Assembly: GCF_009914755.1 (NCBI RefSeq)
Contig: NC_060925.1
Source of the DNA: the human T2T-CHM13v2.0 reference genome, Homo sapiens
Length of the DNA: 64,000 nucleotides
Direction: 5' to 3' (one strand)
Shown here: positions 19,327-41,168 of the stretch, piece by piece
How positions within the stretch are numbered: the stretch's first letter is position 1
Layout: the number at the start of each line of letters is the position of its first letter
Translations under genes and position numbers: made by a program
The notes under the pieces: generated by a model
Seen by the model: only the letters and a program-made list of their open reading frames with translations
What the model was told of the DNA's origin: nothing
The model's database searches: none

Positions 19327-19632
19327 TAATTGGTCTTTGAAAATCACAGCCACTGTTAAAGTAGGTACCTACCATTTGTTCAATGAAATCAATGAAGAAT
19401 GAAAGACAAGCTTACAATGATATTTGCCTTGAAATGCAGAATGAAGCAAAACAGTTACGGAAATTGTCATAATATAATTACTGTAGAGTAGCTCAAAACA
19501 TCTACTCTCTCAGAACTATCAAAATACTACTTCACTTAAAGGCAGAACAATGACAAGTATACCTAAAATGTTACATGAAGTTACACAGGGAACATTAAGT
19601 GAAAGAGATTCCAGTAGACTATTTTAAAAGAT

Positions 19633-19638
19633 TTTATT
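19633..19638 (-). terminator. KTI12: Probable KTI12 poly(A) signal AATAAA
   Basis: TTTATT on the plus strand about 570 nt downstream of the stop, at the end of the unique 3' UTR-like sequence. Confidence 0.65.
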
Positions 19639-20209
19639 AGAGGAAATAATCTAGTAGATAACTTTCTTACTTCCACAAAAACAAAGTTTCTCAAGGATAC
19701 AAACCAATGGATTTATCTGTGAACTCGGTCCCAGAATAGAAACTAGCAAAAAGTCAGTACAGTACTCAAAAAATACTTTTGTGGTATGAAAAAAGGGCAG
19801 GTGCAGATGTAGAACTGTACCATCTTCAGTTTCTGTTCACAATTGTTTTAAAACAATTCTCATCTATCCAGTCTGCTCTCCCACGCCTCAGATGAGGGAA
19901 GCCAATGGTCAATGCTCTGTGATAGCCCAAGTAGGATCCAATCTAGGTAATACCTGTCCACCTTAGCTCTGTCCTCTGGAGGGATTTGCCAGGTTGCACC
20001 ACAATAGTTCTCCATTCTCTTTAGTCTGAACTTATGCTGTAAACCCAAGGCCTGGCACAGGGGTATGCAGGAAAGTTTGAGTGAATCAGTCACAACAGCT
20101 CTAGTACAGTACTGCATCGATATGCTCTGGAGACCTGCAGCCTATTTTTCCCAGAGAAATAAAGTGGAGTGGAGATCAGAAGCCATGGCTTCCCCCCTAC
20201 CTCCTCTGG

Positions 20210-21274
20210 TTAGTGCAGGCTCTGGCTCAAATACTGAAGAAACATGTTGGCCAGTTGCGGCAAGTTCTCATTGTTGGGATGCATTTTAGTGTACGAAATA
20301 AACTGGCGACGAAGGCGACTCAGTTCTGCCATGGTCAAGGGCCGGGTAAACCGCAAGTGCTCTGTGGTACCAGGAAGCGTGAGCAAGTCCCCGGGGACAG
20401 CGCTCTTCTGCGCTTCCATCAATCCGGCCAGTACTTGACTCGTGACCTGGTCCAACTGGTGCAGAAAGCTGCCGGAGGCGAGGGGCTGGGACTGCGTAGA
20501 CTGATGGGGTGGTGGGGCCCGGTTCTCAAACAGGGCAGAGCGGATCCCCGCCAGGGGCAACGGCTCCTCTAGGCCCACCAAAGTGAATAAAGGCCGGTCC
20601 CAGCGATTCCGAGAATCGGGAGCCTCAAAGCGCAGCGTTAGGGCCTCCAGGAGTTCGGGAGAGTAAAAGGCACCGGACCCATGCTTTGCAGATTTCTCTG
20701 ATTCCGGAGTCACAAGAGCTGGAGACTCCGCAGCCCCGGATTCTTCTCGCTCCAGTTCCTTGGGTACGTCGGCCTGGGCACTTCCATTTACTACAGAGTC
20801 CGCAGTATGCAGTTCCCTGAGGACGCTGCTGCCCGCCGCCTGGGCTCTCCCGTCCTCCTCAGCGCGTGGCCGCCAACTCACACTGACGTTCCGGCCAGGG
20901 TTCTCGTTCGCGCCCGCCACCTGAGGTCCCGCGATCGGGCCGCCGGGCCGTACGCAGTAGACCAGGCAGAGCGGGGTGCGCGCCGCCCGTGCCAGGCAGT
21001 AGAGCTCGTAACGGAAACCTTTGATGTAGTTAAGCGAGTCCAGGATGACCACGTCGTGGCGACTCAGGCGCCGTTCCACGGAGGCTCGCAGAGCTCCACG
21101 CAATGCCTTCTCACGGGCAGAATCGCCGTACACCGCTGGGTCCTCTGCGCCCAGGACAGCTGCGTCGTCCACCACGTACACCGCGCGGCCCTCGGCAGCC
21201 AGCGCCACGCGCAACTCTTCAGCACGCCGGCTCTTGCCGCTGTACGGCAGCCCGCAAAACACCACGAGCGGCAT
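20210..21274 (-). CDS. KTI12: Protein KTI12 homolog (Elongator-associated, PSTK-like P-loop ATPase), intronless, 354 aa
   Basis: ORF 20210..21355 contains the family N-terminus MPLVVFCGLPYSGKS (Walker A GxxxxGKS) from ATG 21274, plus DSLNYIKGFRYELYC, RFEAPDSRNRWDRP and ELSRLRRQF motifs; TAA at 20212-20210; nested in TXNDC12 intron 2. Confidence 0.98.
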   Translation of the reverse strand: MPLVVFCGLPYSGKSRRAEELRVALAAEGRAVYVVDDAAVLGAEDPAVYGDSAREKALRGALRASVERRLSRHDVVILDSLNYIKGFRYELYCLARAARTPLCLVYCVRPGGPIAGPQVAGANENPGRNVSVSWRPRAEEDGRAQAAGSSVLRELHTADSVVNGSAQADVPKELEREESGAAESPALVTPESEKSAKHGSGAFYSPELLEALTLRFEAPDSRNRWDRPLFTLVGLEEPLPLAGIRSALFENRAPPPHQSTQSQPLASGSFLHQLDQVTSQVLAGLMEAQKSAVPGDLLTLPGTTEHLRFTRPLTMAELSRLRRQFISYTKMHPNNENLPQLANMFLQYLSQSLH

Positions 21275-21360
21275 CCTCTCAGGGAGCGACCATTGGCAAC
21301 CGCGCTGCGCCAACTTCCGGGTTGTACGCATCTCCGACGTAAGCCGGAAGTGCAAACTGC
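20800..21360 (-). promoter_or_regulatory. KTI12: KTI12 CpG island / TATA-less promoter with two ETS (GABPA-type) sites
   Basis: CpG-dense stretch covering the 5' half of the CDS; ACTTCCGG at 21313-21320 and CCGGAAGT at 21344-21351, with a half-CRE GACGT between them. Confidence 0.8.
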
Positions 21361-21954
21361 TCTTCCTGTCTCCCTTGACTTTTACAGACCCTCTTGTTTC
21401 TATGGAAACAGGAGTTCTACGCCAGCTAGGCCCAGGTTCAGCTTTCTCAGAAAGGAGATACAGAGACTATAATGGCATCAGTTATTTATGCCAAATGTTA
21501 TAGGCCTCAGGAGAATGTGATCTTCCTGCAGCGAAAGACTGCCCGTCCATTTTATTAATAAGGCCTAAGGGGCATTAAATATTGTAAGCAATCAGCACTA
21601 TATTTAGCATATAGAAGGCAATTAATAAATGCTGGTTCTCCTTCATTCCTCCTCTTAAACCTACTGGCTCTCAGTAAATGTTTATTCAATTACCATTTCA
21701 ATCATTCAACATCTCCAAGGTTGGGAATTCAGAGATGAACATAAAACGCTTTCCCCACAAAAGATAAAAGGTCTGAATGGGAAGGATCAGGCGCCTACAA
21801 TCAGAGTAATAAATACTATAATGGATAGATGCAGGTGAGGTTATAAAAGAACAGAAGGGAAAAACAAACTACCCAGAGAAATCACTGAAGACTTTATGTA
21901 GAAATAGTCATTTGACTTAGAACTTGAAAGACAAATAGGAATTTTTCTCCTTAG

Positions 21955-22612
<658 letters not shown>

Positions 22613-23364
22613 TTATTGTAGGTTTGAGACCCAGAGCCATGAAACTGTTGGATCTCTTGTATAAACAGCAAGCACTATAGGATGGTAGGTGCAGAAATGT
22701 GAGTGTGCCTGTGCATGTGTGTATATTGTAGATGCACATATACTAGGGTCTTTGTATCTCTCTTGTACAGTATAGTAAAAAACATTCAAGTCTTGGCTCC
22801 TCCACTTACTAGTGTTGTAACTACTGGCAAATTATGTAACTTTTCTGTACTTCAATTTCCCCTTCTATAAAATAACAACTGCTATTTCACAGGTTTACCA
22901 ATCTGTAGGTTGTTGTGAGGGTTAAATAAATGTAAACACAGGCCCGGCATGGTGGCTCGCGCCTGTAATCCCAGCACTTTGGGAGGCAGAGGGTAGATCA
23001 CCTGAGGTCAGGAGCTCGAGACCAGTCTGGCCAACATGGTGAAACCCTGTCTCTACTAAAAATACTTTTTAAAAAATTAGTCGGGTGGGGTAGCGTGTGC
23101 CTGTAATCCCATTACTGAGGAGGCTGAGGCAGGAGAATTGCTTGAACCCGGGATGCGGAGGTTGCAGTGAGCCTAGATCGCACCACTGCACTTCAGCCTG
23201 GGCAATAAGAGCGAAACTCTGTCTCAAACAAAAAAAAAGTAAACACAGACCAGTGCTTAGCTTTCCCTCCCCTGCCCTGCCTTTTCCTCCTCCTTATGCA
23301 CTGAATTGTCTGTGCATAAACTAAACCTACTTGAGACTTTACAGACTATTCAACTTGATTCTAG

Positions 23365-23601
23365 CAGGCAGTATGGTATACAGGTTTAAAGAGCAGGCTC
23401 TGAAGCCAGAGTGCTTGGGTCTGCCACTTGCTAGCTGTGTGCTCTTGGGCAAGTTATTTTAGTAAACTTAGAAAAAATGGTGCCTTACTTTTTTCATCTC
23501 TAAAATTAAGATAACAATAATACCAATCTCAAAAAGTTGTTGTGAGAGTTAAATGAGTTGATTTGCATAATTTAATGCCTAATGCACAGTAGCACTTAGT
23601 A
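23365..23601 (+). mobile_element. MIR whose 3' end hosts the Tigger2 insertion (continues at about 28899-28920)
   Basis: CTGCCACTTGCTAGCTGTGTGCTCTTGGGCAAGTTA core; its tail AATGTTAGCCAATATTATT resumes after the right TIR. Other MIRs at about 6490-6670, 8630-8800, 22770-22940 and 47590-47810. Confidence 0.7.
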
Positions 23602-28896
<5,295 letters not shown>

Positions 28897-29048
28897 TAAA
28901 TGTTAGCCAATATTATTGCTGTTGTTGTAATTAGGCAACTATTCAGTTCTTGCTCTGCCTTGGTATAGCCCTTCACCTGAAATTAACGTTAAGTTGATAG
29001 CTGAAAAGTGTTTTACCACCATAAATGACCTAAAACCATGTCTTGTAC

Positions 29049-29109
29049 CTGGCAGCTGCTTCTTTCTTCCCATCTTCCAGTGTCCTCCAATGAATATGAT
29101 CTCCAAAAC
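29049..29109 (-). CDS. TXNDC12: TXNDC12 coding exon 2 ([21 protein letters not shown])
   Basis: Acceptor TTTCCTTCCAG|, donor CAG|GTACAA; 61 nt; the GFGDHIHW motif is typical of the AGR/ERp18 family. Confidence 0.97.
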
Positions 29110-29997
29110 CTGGAAGGAAAGAACTTTATAAGCATTCACATAATGAACAAAGGGCACAGTCCCAAGAAGGAAGTGTGCATGTTCACAAGATACCCACTAA
29201 GAAGGTTTTCTTCTGTCAAGAGCTTGGTGTTCAAGTCCCAGCTCCACCACCTTCTAGGTGTATGGGACCATACCTCAAGCCTCAGTTTTCATACCTGCAA
29301 AATGGAGACACCACCACCTAATTCACAGTTTCAAAGGAGGCTAAATTTAAAAATGACATTAAATGCTTTGTAAACTATCACGGAATATGCTAATAATACT
29401 GTAAGAATGAACGAGAATTTCCCACAGAGTAAACATAAAGCAGGTCATAACAAATCATAACCAATTGAAGGTGATTCAGCAATACAGCTTTAGATTCAGA
29501 AAGACCTAGGTCCATGACTCCACTTCCTATTACGTGTGTGAATTCTTGTGAGTGAAGTAAGCTCTCCAAGTCCCAATTTCTTTCTTATTTTCCTCCTTCA
29601 TCTGTAAAAGCAAGACAATAAGACCTACCTCCAAGTGTTAGTATAAGGATTAAATGAAGTAAGTATTTAAAGCTATTGTTATTATTATTCCCACAATTCA
29701 CCCAGAGTAATCTTCCTATTTTATTTTTTGAAACTCTTGAACATGTTTTGTAGAATAGCACAGAATGGTCTTTCTAAATCATGTTACTCCAGGAAAAAAA
29801 CAAAAAACAAAAACAAAAAAACTTTCAAAGGCTTTCCAATGCCCTAAAGATAAAGGTCCAACTCTTGCAGTAGGGTTTACAAAGCCTTTCAGAATATGGC
29901 ACCTGCCCACCTCTCCAGCCTCACTTTCCACATTTTTCCTAAAATCTTATATATACACCCTATACTATACTTTCACTTTTTTTTTTTTTTGAGATAG

Positions 29998-30588
<591 letters not shown>

Positions 30589-31619
30589 TGAGAGTAGCAC
30601 GCACTCTCTCCCCTCCAGGCTTTCACAATCACTACTACCTGTGCAATTCCTTCCGTCCCTCACCTCCAACTCATTCTTCAGGTATAAGCCTAGAGGGCAT
30701 TTCTTCTGGTATATCTTCCCTGACTCCCAAAGCACCCTATTCTTACCCCATCACAGCACTCCCCAGGCTGACTTGTAAATGTTTATGTGTCCATCTCTGG
30801 ACCATATCTTTCTTATTCCTCTCTGTTTCCTTAGCATTTAGCAGTACACATGGCCACAGTAAGTGCTCCATAAAATATTTGTTGAGCAAATGAATCTTAT
30901 TTAGATCATATCACAAAAAGAATTTTATATCCAAAAATTATTAGTGATCATAATGCTAGCTGCTGTTTACTGACCACCTTATATGTGCCTGACATACCAC
31001 ATGTGTTATCTCATTTAAATTTGGCCTTATTAATAACCCAGTTTTACTTAATCTCTGTATGCTTGTTTTCTCATCTTTAAAAGAGGCATAAAATAATTAT
31101 ATCTCATAAGGTTACTGAATATTAAATAAGAAATATATGCAAAAAACTTAGCATAGTGCTTAGCATATTATAAATGATCAGTAAGTAGTAGCTTTTGTTA
31201 TTCTATACGATTGAGACTTCTGAGGCTCAGAGAAGTTACATCACCTGTACTGGTCACATAACTGCTAAATGGCCAAGCTGAGATTTAAATTGCAATCGTG
31301 TGCCATTCTGGTTTACTACACTCATCTTTCAGATTTTTCTTTCTCAGAAATAAATTCAAATCTAATTTTCATCAGTGCTACCACAGGGAAACAAAAGGTC
31401 ATCCAGATGAGCACATGCAGGCAGTATCGAAACTAACCATCCTCACTTTTCATTCCCAACAGCATGGGATGCTGTCACTTGCCTAAGGCTCAAGATTTGA
31501 CTCTGAAGAGTGAGTGATTGAGAATGAAATTGAGAGGATGCCCAGGAGAACTGCAAGGTGTCTAACATGATCACCATCACTCTATTGGTCAATATCTAAA
31601 CTCAGGCAACTGAATCCTG

Positions 31620-33330
<1,711 letters not shown>

Positions 33331-33334
33331 TCCA

Positions 33335-33768
<434 letters not shown>

Positions 33769-34364
33769 GGGGAGCAAGGCAAAAGCAAGGAGACTAATAA
33801 AGGGGCTACTACAATAATCCAGGCAAGAGATGATAGTGGACTGGACCAGCTGGGGTGGTAGAGGGGTAAGATACCAATAGGTTCTGGATATATTTCAAAG
33901 GCAAAGTTAGCAGGATTTTGCTATGGATATGGGATATGAGAGCAAAAAGAGAAGTCAAGGATCACTCTAAGGTTTTTGGCCTGGACAAGTAGAAGGATGG
34001 AGCTGCCATTTACAGTGAGGATGAAAGCATGATTAGAGCATGACCAAGACAGTCCAAGGAGAAAAATTAGATCGAATACATACAACTCTTTCAAAAAATT
34101 TTTGACTGGGTGTGGTGGCTCACGCCTGTAATCCCAGCACTTTTGGAGGCCAAGGCAGGCAGATCACTTGAGGTCAGGAGTTCGAGACCAGCCTGGTCTA
34201 ACCTAACATGGTGAAACCCCATCTCTACTAAAAATACAAAAATTAGGCCAGGCGCGGTGGCTCACGCCTGTAATCCCAGCACTTTGGGAGGCCAAGGCAG
34301 GCGGATCATGAGGTCAAGAGATCAAGACCATCCTGGCCAACATGGTGAAACCCCATCTCTACTA

Positions 34365-34562
<198 letters not shown>

Positions 34563-35674
34563 TTACTGTACCAGGGACAACTGAAAGCTGATAGAAATGA
34601 TACAATAAAGATAGGAAAAAGGGGTAATACAACATTAGAAGGGAGAGTCACTGGTAAAATATTGGTGAGTCGGTGAGAGGAGACGGGATTTAGCACTCAA
34701 GTAGAGGGATTAGCCTTTGCTAGGAATAATGATGGTTTATCAGGTAACAACAGGAAAGGGAGCATGTATGAACACTAGTGGGTAAATGCAGTAGTGAAAA
34801 TTTTTGAAAGGCCTCTTCCGATTCCTTCTGTCTTCTGGTAAAGAGGGACTATAATTACTAACTGAGAGCAAGGACTGTGGAAGAAGTATTGGAGATTTGA
34901 AAAGACAGGAAGAAGTATGAAATAGTCCCCTAGGAGAGAATCAGAGAAAATAAAAAGGATAGCTAAAGGACATATTTCAGGTAGGAAATGATCCCAGAGG
35001 AAGGCCTAGATACAAAGAATAGTGAGCAAATAAACCAGCAAACATGTAGATAAATATGTAAATATTGTCTGTATAGCAATTTATAATGCCCGATTTGTAG
35101 AGTTAAAAAAGAAAGAGAGAGAGAACTAAGCCAGGCACAATGTGCACCTGTAGTCCCAGCTACTCTGGAGGTTGAGTCAGGAGGATTGCTTGAGCCCCGG
35201 AGTTTGAGGCCAGTCTGGGCAACAGGATGAGACTCTATCTCTAAAAAATAAATAACTAAGTTTCAAAAAAAAATTAAAATTAGAACTAAATATGAGACAA
35301 CTCCTTATAAGTGAAGAGTGGGTGATTGAAATTAAATGTTCTAAAGTCCCTCTTACCACTGGGGGTATAATAGTGTTAGATTTTGTTAAGTATGCAAGTA
35401 AAATTTCAAGAGTTACTACTAAAAGAAAAGAACTAGAATGCCAACTTCCAAACTAATAAAGGAGATAAAATAAGAACAAGCAAATATTCAACCCCCAAAG
35501 AAAGGGCAAAAAGAAAAAAAAGCACAGAAAAAAACAGTAGAAACTGGATAACAGAAACAAGAGCTGTTCTGTCAATAATCACAACAAATATAAGTGGACT
35601 AAACTTGCCAATTAAAGTGAAAAGACAAAAATTGTCAGACTTGGTTTAAGAAAAAAGTACCTCTACGATGCTTA

Positions 35675-35821
<147 letters not shown>

Positions 35822-36162
35822 TTAGCTGGATGCAGTGGCATGTGCCTATAGTCCCAGCTACTCAGGAGGCTGATGTCAGAGGATTGCTTGAGGCCAGGAG
35901 TTCGAGGATACAGTGAGCTATGATGGCACCACTGCACTCTAGCTCGGGCAACAGAGGGTGACCCTGTTTCTTTTCTTTAAAAAAAAAAAAAAAAAAGCAT
36001 GCCTAAAACAGAAGGACTTACAGAAGTCCAATGCCAAACAAGATAGAGTCAAGGAAGCTAGATTAATATAAGGTTAAATAAAATTTCTCAGCCAGGCACA
36101 GTGGCTCATGCCTGTAATCCCATTACTTTGGGAGGCTGAGGCAGGCAGATCACTTGAGTTCA

Positions 36163-36379
<217 letters not shown>

Positions 36380-36477
36380 TTAATTAATTAAAATAAATTC
36401 TCCATGTACCTAGGCCACTCAGAAGCTAGGTGTCAAACCTTACAATCACGTAAGGTTATTACTAATAGAGACCTAGA

Positions 36478-36620
36478 ACAGCACTGTAAAGTAGAACTTA
36501 CTGCAATGAGCTGTTCAATATGGTAGTCACTAGCCACATGTGGCTACAGAACAATTGAAATGTAGACAATCCAGCTGAGCTCAACTTTTACTTTTATTTA
36601 ACTTTAATAAATTTAAAGAG
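36478..36620 (+). mobile_element. MER3/MER33-like hAT fragment
   Basis: CTGTTCAATATGGTAGTCACTAGCCACATGTGGCTA core. Confidence 0.6.
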
Positions 36621-36931
36621 TCACAACACTAGAGATTTAGTCTAACCCTCTTATTTTACTGAGGCCTAGAAAAGAAGTTATCCAACACTCCAAGGTAGAC
36701 CACAACCAAAATTTAAGTCTCCTGACTCCTAATTAGCATTCTTTTCTAATACCCCAGTACTTCCCAAGCTGTTCTGCTGCAATATCCCTAGAGTAAGTCT
36801 AGAGGTATAACGTGAAAATAGTCCACTGTGGCTGGGCGTGGTGGCTCAAGCCTTTGGGAGGCTGAGGCGGGTGGATCACAAGGTCAGGAGTTTGAGACCA
36901 GCCTGATCAACACAGTGAAACCCCGTCTCTA

Positions 36932-37087
<156 letters not shown>

Positions 37088-38720
37088 TCAACAACAACAA
37101 CAAAATAGTCTACTGCATGTACAAAATTTCCTTGAGAATTCATATTAAAATTTACATTGGAATTTTTTATAATAGTAATAATCACCACCACCACTTATTA
37201 AGCAATTGCATTTTTTTTTTTTTTGGTAGAGATAGGATCTTGCTATGTTGCCCATGCTGGTTTTGAACTCCTGGCCTCAAGCAATCCGCCCGCCTTGGCC
37301 TCCCAAACTGCTAGGATTATAGGCGTGAGCCACTGCACCCAGCCTAAGTGCTTATTTTATGTAATAATTATATTATAGTAACAATATTAATGACTAACAC
37401 ATGAAATTTATTATGTGCCAGGTACTTAAATGCTTTTATATGTGTTAACTTATTTAATCTTCACAACAACTTTATGAGGTAGAAACTCTAATTATCCCTT
37501 TATAAATAAGGAAGCTGAACTGAAACAGCTTGCCCAAGGTTATGTTGCCACTAAGTGGCAGAGCTGGGACTAGAATCTAGGTGGTTGGGTTCCAGGGTCT
37601 GTAGTTAACAACCATTCACTACACTTTACTGTCTCTCTAGCAAACATTAAATGAACAAACGAATGCAGCTTCACCAAAGCAGAATGGGAACACCAACTTC
37701 AGATCTGGAAAACTTGGGCCTTTTGTTTCCCTCTCAAAAAGATGTTTAAAAGGTACAATGTTTACCTTGTTACTAAAAACATCCATTCCCCAGCACCACT
37801 AACACTCCCACCTGTGCCAACATGGAACATCTGAAGGCAGTCCAATTTCCTAAAGTGTCACCTGTATAGCCACTTAATTTATGCCAGTTATCTGCAAAGT
37901 AAAGTCTCCCACATCAGCAACTCTTACCCTATAACATTAATTTTTTAAAAAAGAAAAGCAACCATTTCTAAACACAGCATTCAATCAGAATTTTCAATCC
38001 CTTCATCCAAAAATTGTTTTAATGAATGTAAGCTAAAGACATCTGAAAAGTATTATCCACCCCCTCCTAGCTGATGAAACCTAAATAACAAAAGGTCAAG
38101 CATCAGAGCTGGCAGCCAAGCCTCTCAAACAGGGAACACTGTACCTGAGACATAGAACATAGTGGCTAAATACTGATTGTCTCAGTCAAACAGACCTGCA
38201 TTAGAATTCTTGTTCAGCCACTTACCATTTTCATAAATGCAAACTATGGCTAACAAAAACATGTATCCCATAGGCTGTTGTGAATGTGAGTAGAACACTG
38301 TGTGGGAGGTAAACACACTTCATATGTGTTAGTGCCAAATTTTTATTCCAGAGACTTGACAAAGTTATCCATTTTTGTTTCAGGCAGAAGAGCACAAGAA
38401 CCACTCCCAATGACAGCTTTCTAGTTTCTCCTTTAAACTTTAGAGGAGTTTCTGCACTGAGAGACTGGAATGGTATGCTGGTTAAGGGCACTGGCTCTGG
38501 GATTTGTATTCCAGCTAGTCCACTGGACTCCTTTGCCTCATTTGAGGTTTTTTCATCTGTTAAGTGGGAATAATGATAAAAACATTGTCCATCTCATAGG
38601 GTTATTATGAGGCTTAGTCAATACATGAAAAATGCACACAACAGCACCTGGAGGATAGTAAATGTACAGTAAATATTGGTCACTACTTCTCCCCATGGGT
38701 GATGTACTCCAAATTTTTAG

Positions 38721-39125
<405 letters not shown>

Positions 39126-39810
39126 TGACCTGCCTCAGCCTCCCAAAGTGCTGGGATAACAGGCATGAGCCACCGTGCCCAGCCTGGGCCTTCTAATTTC
39201 TATTTAGTGCTAAGTCCACATCACTGTGCTGCTTCTTCTTAATGAAAACAGTAGAGATCATTCAGTCTCTCCTCTCTGTAAACCACCAGGCCATCGTCCG
39301 GAAACATCTGGGAAGAAATCCATCTCATTAAGACTTTCAGCAACCATTGCCTCAGGTAGCACTTTTTTGGAAGGTAGGGTAAGTGGGGTATAATCTACTT
39401 CCCAAGAATCCATACCCAAGAGATACATAAAACAAAAGTTTGAAATAGTATTAATTCCTTTTAGGGATTATTATTATTATTTCCATGGGGGAAATAATAC
39501 TGGTTAATGTTTATTAAATATTTTCTAAGTGTCCGACACAATATTAAGTGCCTTTTGTTTTTTGATTGAATCCTCCCAACCCAGCCCCACTGCCCTAAGC
39601 TGCCCTTCTATGTGCTCCTGCAGCTACCTGGTATTTCCCTGCTTAAAGCACATATCATGCTGCCATGTAACTGTCTGCTTACTTGTCTTGGTATCTTACC
39701 AGACTGCAAGCTGAAAAAGGACAGGAATCACAATTATCATGTTTATCATTCATTTCCTCTTTCAACAAATATTCCTGAGCATGAACAAGACAGAAATAGT
39801 CCTGGTTCAC

Positions 39811-40240
39811 TGTGGCAGATATGCCCTTCTTACAATGTGACCTCAACATACCTCCCATTGGGGGTGAGGGTGGGGGTCCTAATATTCCATTCCCTTGAAT
39901 CTGCCCCTACAGGGTACTGTGGAAGTGATGCTATGTGCCTTGTAAGGCTAGGTGACAAAAATGCCATGCATTTCCACCTTGTTCTCTTATGGCACGCACT
40001 CTTGGAATCCAGCCTCCCATAAAGCTACTGTGAGGAAACCCATAGGAGCCCATGCGGAAAGATCACATGGAGAGGTAACCAGCTTAGCCAAGGCCCCAGT
40101 CATCATAGAACAGGGACAAGCCTTTCCCAGTGTGCCTTGTTTGAATTCCTTACTCACACAATTGTGAGCATAATAAAATGATTTCTTCATGCCCACTAAA
40201 TTTTGGAGTGATTTATTACACAACAATGGTAACTGGAACA
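39811..40240 (+). mobile_element. Older MLT1-type MaLR LTR
   Basis: TGTGGCAGAT start; ends AATAAAATG...CCACTAAATTTTGGAGTGATTTATTACACAACAATGGTAACTGGAACA. Confidence 0.7.
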
Positions 40241-40454
40241 ACCACACAAAGCTTAATATCTAACAAGGAATAAAAATACAAAATACCTGATTCCAAGGTA
40301 TTACCTACACCTAACACAGTAACTTGAACAGAGCAAATTATTTGTTGAGTGTCTGAGGTAGTTATGATGCCCATTTTGCAGATGAGGAACGGAGGCTTTG
40401 AGAGTTAAGAAACTTGCCCAAGGCTACTCAGCTAGTGAGTGGCAGAACAAATTA

Positions 40455-40841
<387 letters not shown>

Positions 40842-41009
40842 CTACTCTTCTGTTACTCTCAGTTCTTACAACTTTAAATATACAGTAGCTGGCTGGGCGC
40901 AGTGGCTCATGCCTGTAATCCCAGCACTTTGGGAGGCCGAGGCGGGCAGATCATGAGGTCAGGAGTTTGAGACCAGCCTTGCCAACATAGTGAAACCCCG
41001 TCTCTACTA

Positions 41010-41168
<159 letters not shown>

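Noticed and set aside
21332-21355. ORF-track start of the 381-aa KTI12 ORF at 21355
   Set aside because: Non-ATG (TTG) start overlapping the promoter ETS site; the family N-terminus begins at ATG 21274.
21360-21387. Strong-looking plus-strand acceptor (TCTTCCTGTCTCCCTTGACTTTTACAG) at the KTI12 promoter
   Set aside because: No matching upstream plus-strand exon or donor can be supported; may be just a pyrimidine-rich promoter strand.
20807-21503. Long plus-strand ORFs (221 aa, 152 aa) antisense to KTI12
   Set aside because: Shadow ORFs of a GC-rich coding strand; no recognisable domain.
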